Below, one piece after another: positions 61,183 through 64,000 of a stretch of 64,000 bases of DNA. Origin of the DNA: an uncultured delta proteobacterium (lineage in GTDB: Bacteria > Desulfobacterota > Desulfobacteria > Desulfobacterales > JAFDCJ01); the NCBI GenBank assembly GCA_963769935.1, contig CAVYNY010000003.1, forward strand, positions 44,341 through 108,340, given 5' to 3'. Within the stretch, counting starts at the first letter, position 1. The number at the start of each line of letters is the position of its first letter. Below the pieces are notes generated by a model, which did not search any database, was not told the DNA's origin, and was given only the letters and a program-made list of their open reading frames with translations. The translations under genes were made by a program, and so were the position numbers.

Positions 61183-62271
61183 TCAGGTTTCCGTGTGGTT
61201 AAACGTTTGGAATCCCTCCCTGAGGCATAATTGGTCTTTTTGAGCCTCCTTCAGATCGGCTTCTACCATTTCGGCAACCAGCTCCTTAAAGGATATCCGC
61301 GGTTTCCAGCCCAATTTTTGACGGGCCTTGCTGGCGTCACCCAGCAAATCATCCACTTCGGTGGGTCTGAAATAACGGGAATCGACGGCAATGATAATTT
61401 GGCCGGTTTCTTCGTTAATGCCTTTTTCATCAATGCCCCGGCCCTTCCAACCGACCCTTATGCCGAGCTGTCGGGCGGCTGCTTCAATGAATTCCCGCAC
61501 GGAGTAATGTTCGCCGCTGGCGATGACATAGTCTTCCGGTTCGTCCTGCTGGAGCATCAGCCATTGCATTTTAACATAGTCCCGGGCATGTCCCCAGTCT
61601 CGGCGGGCATCAAGATTGCCGATATAAAGAATGTCCTGCAGGCCGATTTTGATCCGCGCCAAAGCCCGCGTGATTTTGCGGGTTACAAACGTCTCACCTC
61701 GGATGGGAGATTCATGATTAAAGAGGATCCCGTTGCAGGCATAGATGCCGTAAGCCTCCCGATAATTGACCGTTATCCAGTAGGCGTACAGTTTGGCCAC
61801 GGCATAAGGAGAACGGGGATAAAACGCTGTGGTTTCTTTCTGGGGGATTTCCTGCACTTTACCGTAAAGCTCGGATGTCGAAGCCTGGTAAAACCGACAC
61901 GTTTGCTCCAGCTTTAAGATTCTAATAGCCTCGAGAATGCGCAGCGTTCCCAGGGCGTCGGCGTTGGCCGTATATTCAGGAGTTTCGAAAGAAACGTTGA
62001 CATGGCTCTGGGCCGCCAGATTGTAGATTTCATCCGGCTGAACCTCCTGAATGATGCGGATCAGATTGGAAGAATCCGTGAGGTCCCCATAGTGCATAAA
62101 AAAACGCACGGCCTTTTCGTGCGGATCACGGTAAAGATGGTCCACGCGGGCCGTATTAAACGAAGACGCCCGGCGTTTTATACCATGAACCACGTAGTCT
62201 TTTTTCAGCAGATATTCCGCCAGATAAGCGCCGTCCTGACCCGTAATACCCGTGACTAATGCTCGTTTCAT
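61183..62271 (-). CDS. gmd: GDP-mannose 4,6-dehydratase
   Basis: [40 protein letters not shown]. Confidence 0.96.
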   Translation of the reverse strand: MKRALVTGITGQDGAYLAEYLLKKDYVVHGIKRRASSFNTARVDHLYRDPHEKAVRFFMHYGDLTDSSNLIRIIQEVQPDEIYNLAAQSHVNVSFETPEYTANADALGTLRILEAIRILKLEQTCRFYQASTSELYGKVQEIPQKETTAFYPRSPYAVAKLYAYWITVNYREAYGIYACNGILFNHESPIRGETFVTRKITRALARIKIGLQDILYIGNLDARRDWGHARDYVKMQWLMLQQDEPEDYVIASGEHYSVREFIEAAARQLGIRVGWKGRGIDEKGINEETGQIIIAVDSRYFRPTEVDDLLGDASKARQKLGWKPRISFKELVAEMVEADLKEAQKDQLCLREGFQTFNHTET

Positions 62272-62290
62272 TGGCAGATCTCCTGATGCT

Positions 62291-63232
62291 TTATTGAATG
62301 CTGCGAAAATATGCGATTGTGCGTTTGAGTCCCTCCTGGAGCTGGATTTTCGGCTCCCATCCCAGTTTTGAGCGCGCCAGATCAATGTTTGGCCGGCGCT
62401 GCAGGGGGTCATCCTCGGGCAGCGGCCGAAAAACAAGTTTTGAGGTTGAACCGGTCAGCTCGATAACCTTCTCGGCAAGCTCCCGAATCGTGAATTCATT
62501 GGGATTGCCGATATTTACCGGTCCGGTAAAATCATCCGGTGCGGTCATCATGCGGATCAACCCATCAATCATGTCATCCACAAAACAAAAGGACCGGCTT
62601 TGGGAACCATCTCCGAATACGGTAATGTCACGGTTGTTGAGCGCCTGAAGGACAAAATTGCTCACGACCCGCCCATCGTTAGGATGCATGCGTGGACCGT
62701 AGGTATTGAAGATACGCACCACACGGATATTTATCTTGTGCTGTCGATGGTAATCGAAAAAAAGTGTTTCGGCGCAGCGTTTGCCCTCGTCATAACAGGA
62801 TCTGATGCCGATACAATTCACATTGCCCCGGTAGTCTTCGGTCTGGGGATGGACCGCCGGATCGCCGTATACTTCCGAGGTCGAGGCTTGCAAAATTCTG
62901 GCATTCAGCCGTTTGGCCAGCCCCAGCATGTTAATGGATCCATGCACATTGACTTTGGTTGTCTGCACCGGATCGTTTTGATAGTGAACCGGTGAAGCCG
63001 GGCAGGCCAGATTAAATATTTCGTCAACTTCAAGATAGAGGGGAAACGTAATATCGTGGCGAATCAGCTCAAAGTAGGGATTTTCCAGAAGGTGTATGAT
63101 ATTCCGCTTTGTTCCAGTGTAAAAATTGTCCGCACAAACAACTTCACAGCCTTCCTTCAACAGGCGCTCACACAGAAAAGAGCCGAGAAACCCGGCTCCG
63201 CCGGTTACCAAAACACGTTTTCGAAGATGCAT
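62291..63232 (-). CDS. UDP-glucuronic acid decarboxylase family SDR
   Basis: [36 protein letters not shown]. Confidence 0.93.
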   Translation of the reverse strand: MHLRKRVLVTGGAGFLGSFLCERLLKEGCEVVCADNFYTGTKRNIIHLLENPYFELIRHDITFPLYLEVDEIFNLACPASPVHYQNDPVQTTKVNVHGSINMLGLAKRLNARILQASTSEVYGDPAVHPQTEDYRGNVNCIGIRSCYDEGKRCAETLFFDYHRQHKINIRVVRIFNTYGPRMHPNDGRVVSNFVLQALNNRDITVFGDGSQSRSFCFVDDMIDGLIRMMTAPDDFTGPVNIGNPNEFTIRELAEKVIELTGSTSKLVFRPLPEDDPLQRRPNIDLARSKLGWEPKIQLQEGLKRTIAYFRSIQ

Positions 63233-63622
63233 TTTTTTTCCTTGGATAATGATTTTTTATTATAAGGGTTTATTTTTGAAACAGGTTGTTTCAGTGCTGA
63301 ACATGATTCACCAAGGTACCCGACATTTTTCCATTTTCTAAAATATTAATTAAACTTATACCACAAATTAAGCAAAATTGGCAACAACCTTTCGATATAT
63401 CAATAAATATTAGTTTAATCGCCGCAAGAAATTTGACTGTCGTCAGATCCCCCCCGGCCCATTCACAGCGGCCTAAGATCCCCGTGGCCCGGTCAAACAG
63501 CCCACAGGACTCAATCAGTTTCCACAACATATTCTCGCATCTTAAAAATTCGATCGAAAATGATCTTTACATGAGCAGGGGATTCAAGTATAAAAAAGCA
63601 CCCTTGCTGTGATGCATCTAAC

Positions 63623-63660
63623 GCCCTCGTAGCTCAGTGGATAGAGCACCGGATTCCTAA
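63623..63660 (+). pseudogene. 5' half of tRNA-Arg(CCT), ending at the 3' edge of the anticodon loop
   Basis: GCCCTCG TA GCTC AGTGGATA GAGC A CCGGA TTCCTAA; the expected TCCGG and T-arm do not follow. Confidence 0.8.
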
Positions 63661-63925
63661 ACCTAAACCAGCCAATTTCAAAAGCCAATAATTTCAGTTT
63701 ATTTCCTGATTTCATTGGCTTTTTTTGTGCCCATGAATTTGGGAAAAATTAGGTTATTTTAGAAAGAATGAGACACCGCAGGTACAATTTAGGCACAAAT
63801 TTTTATCGCAAAATCCAAAATGTGGATATTGCGAAAGAAAAGATTGTTTGTTGAGCGTGAATTGATATTTTTGTGAACCAGACAAGATCAAAATGGGTTT
63901 TAATTGATTTTGATTTCAATAGGTT

Positions 63926-63953
63926 AAGTCTCATAATCGGCATTATGTAAACT
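63926..63953 (+). other. dif-like XerC/XerD site
   Basis: AAGTCTCATAA TCGGCA TTATGTAAACT, 11-6-11 layout resembling E. coli dif (GGTGCGCATAA TGTATA TTATGTTAAAT). Confidence 0.7.
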
Positions 63954-64000
63954 TTTTAAGGGGGTCTATATAAATAGTGGGGATTTTAAGATTGACCTTC

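Noticed and set aside
63623..63800. Group I intron in tRNA-Arg(CCU)
   Set aside because: No internal guide sequence able to pair with the exon end is visible, and no 3' exon lies within the remaining ~340 nt; not fully excluded.

Overview
The window looks like chromosomal DNA from a deltaproteobacterium (Desulfobacterales-like, inferred from gene content and order). In order: oleBCD olefin/beta-lactone genes plus a PocR-type sensor (1-4.1 kb); a MltF-like gene remnant; a ~16 kb, all plus-strand accessory locus (4.4-20.8 kb); DHH-CBS, ACT and DUF711 genes, an amino-acid ABC transporter lacking its ATPase, USP and rsmG; an mglB-mglA signalling operon ending in a PilB/GspE-type ATPase (28.9-38.6 kb); a CoA-transferase-GNAT fusion, Smr and DUF4388-like genes, a standalone fusA, tRNA-Gly/Cys and pgsA; a folK-dapF-argH-argD-hslUV-xerC block that seems to lack several usual members; slipin/NfeD/UDG, gmd and a UDP-glucuronate decarboxylase; and, at the right edge, a tRNA-Arg(CCT) 5' half cut at the anticodon loop with a dif-like site nearby. 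The best candidate for an undescribed system is the 4.4-20.8 kb locus. It encodes two ECF sigma/anti-sigma pairs, a MotA/ExbB-like plus MotB/ExbD-like membrane pair, DUF4384-like and other lipoproteins, a frameshifted lytic transglycosylase, a TPR-OmpA protein and two exported caspase-family proteases (three intact His-Cys domains). Two different repeated ECF-type promoter motifs, read directly from the sequence, tie it together. Several families of palindromic intergenic repeats/MITEs are also present. All domain calls are by eye from motifs; no searches were run.
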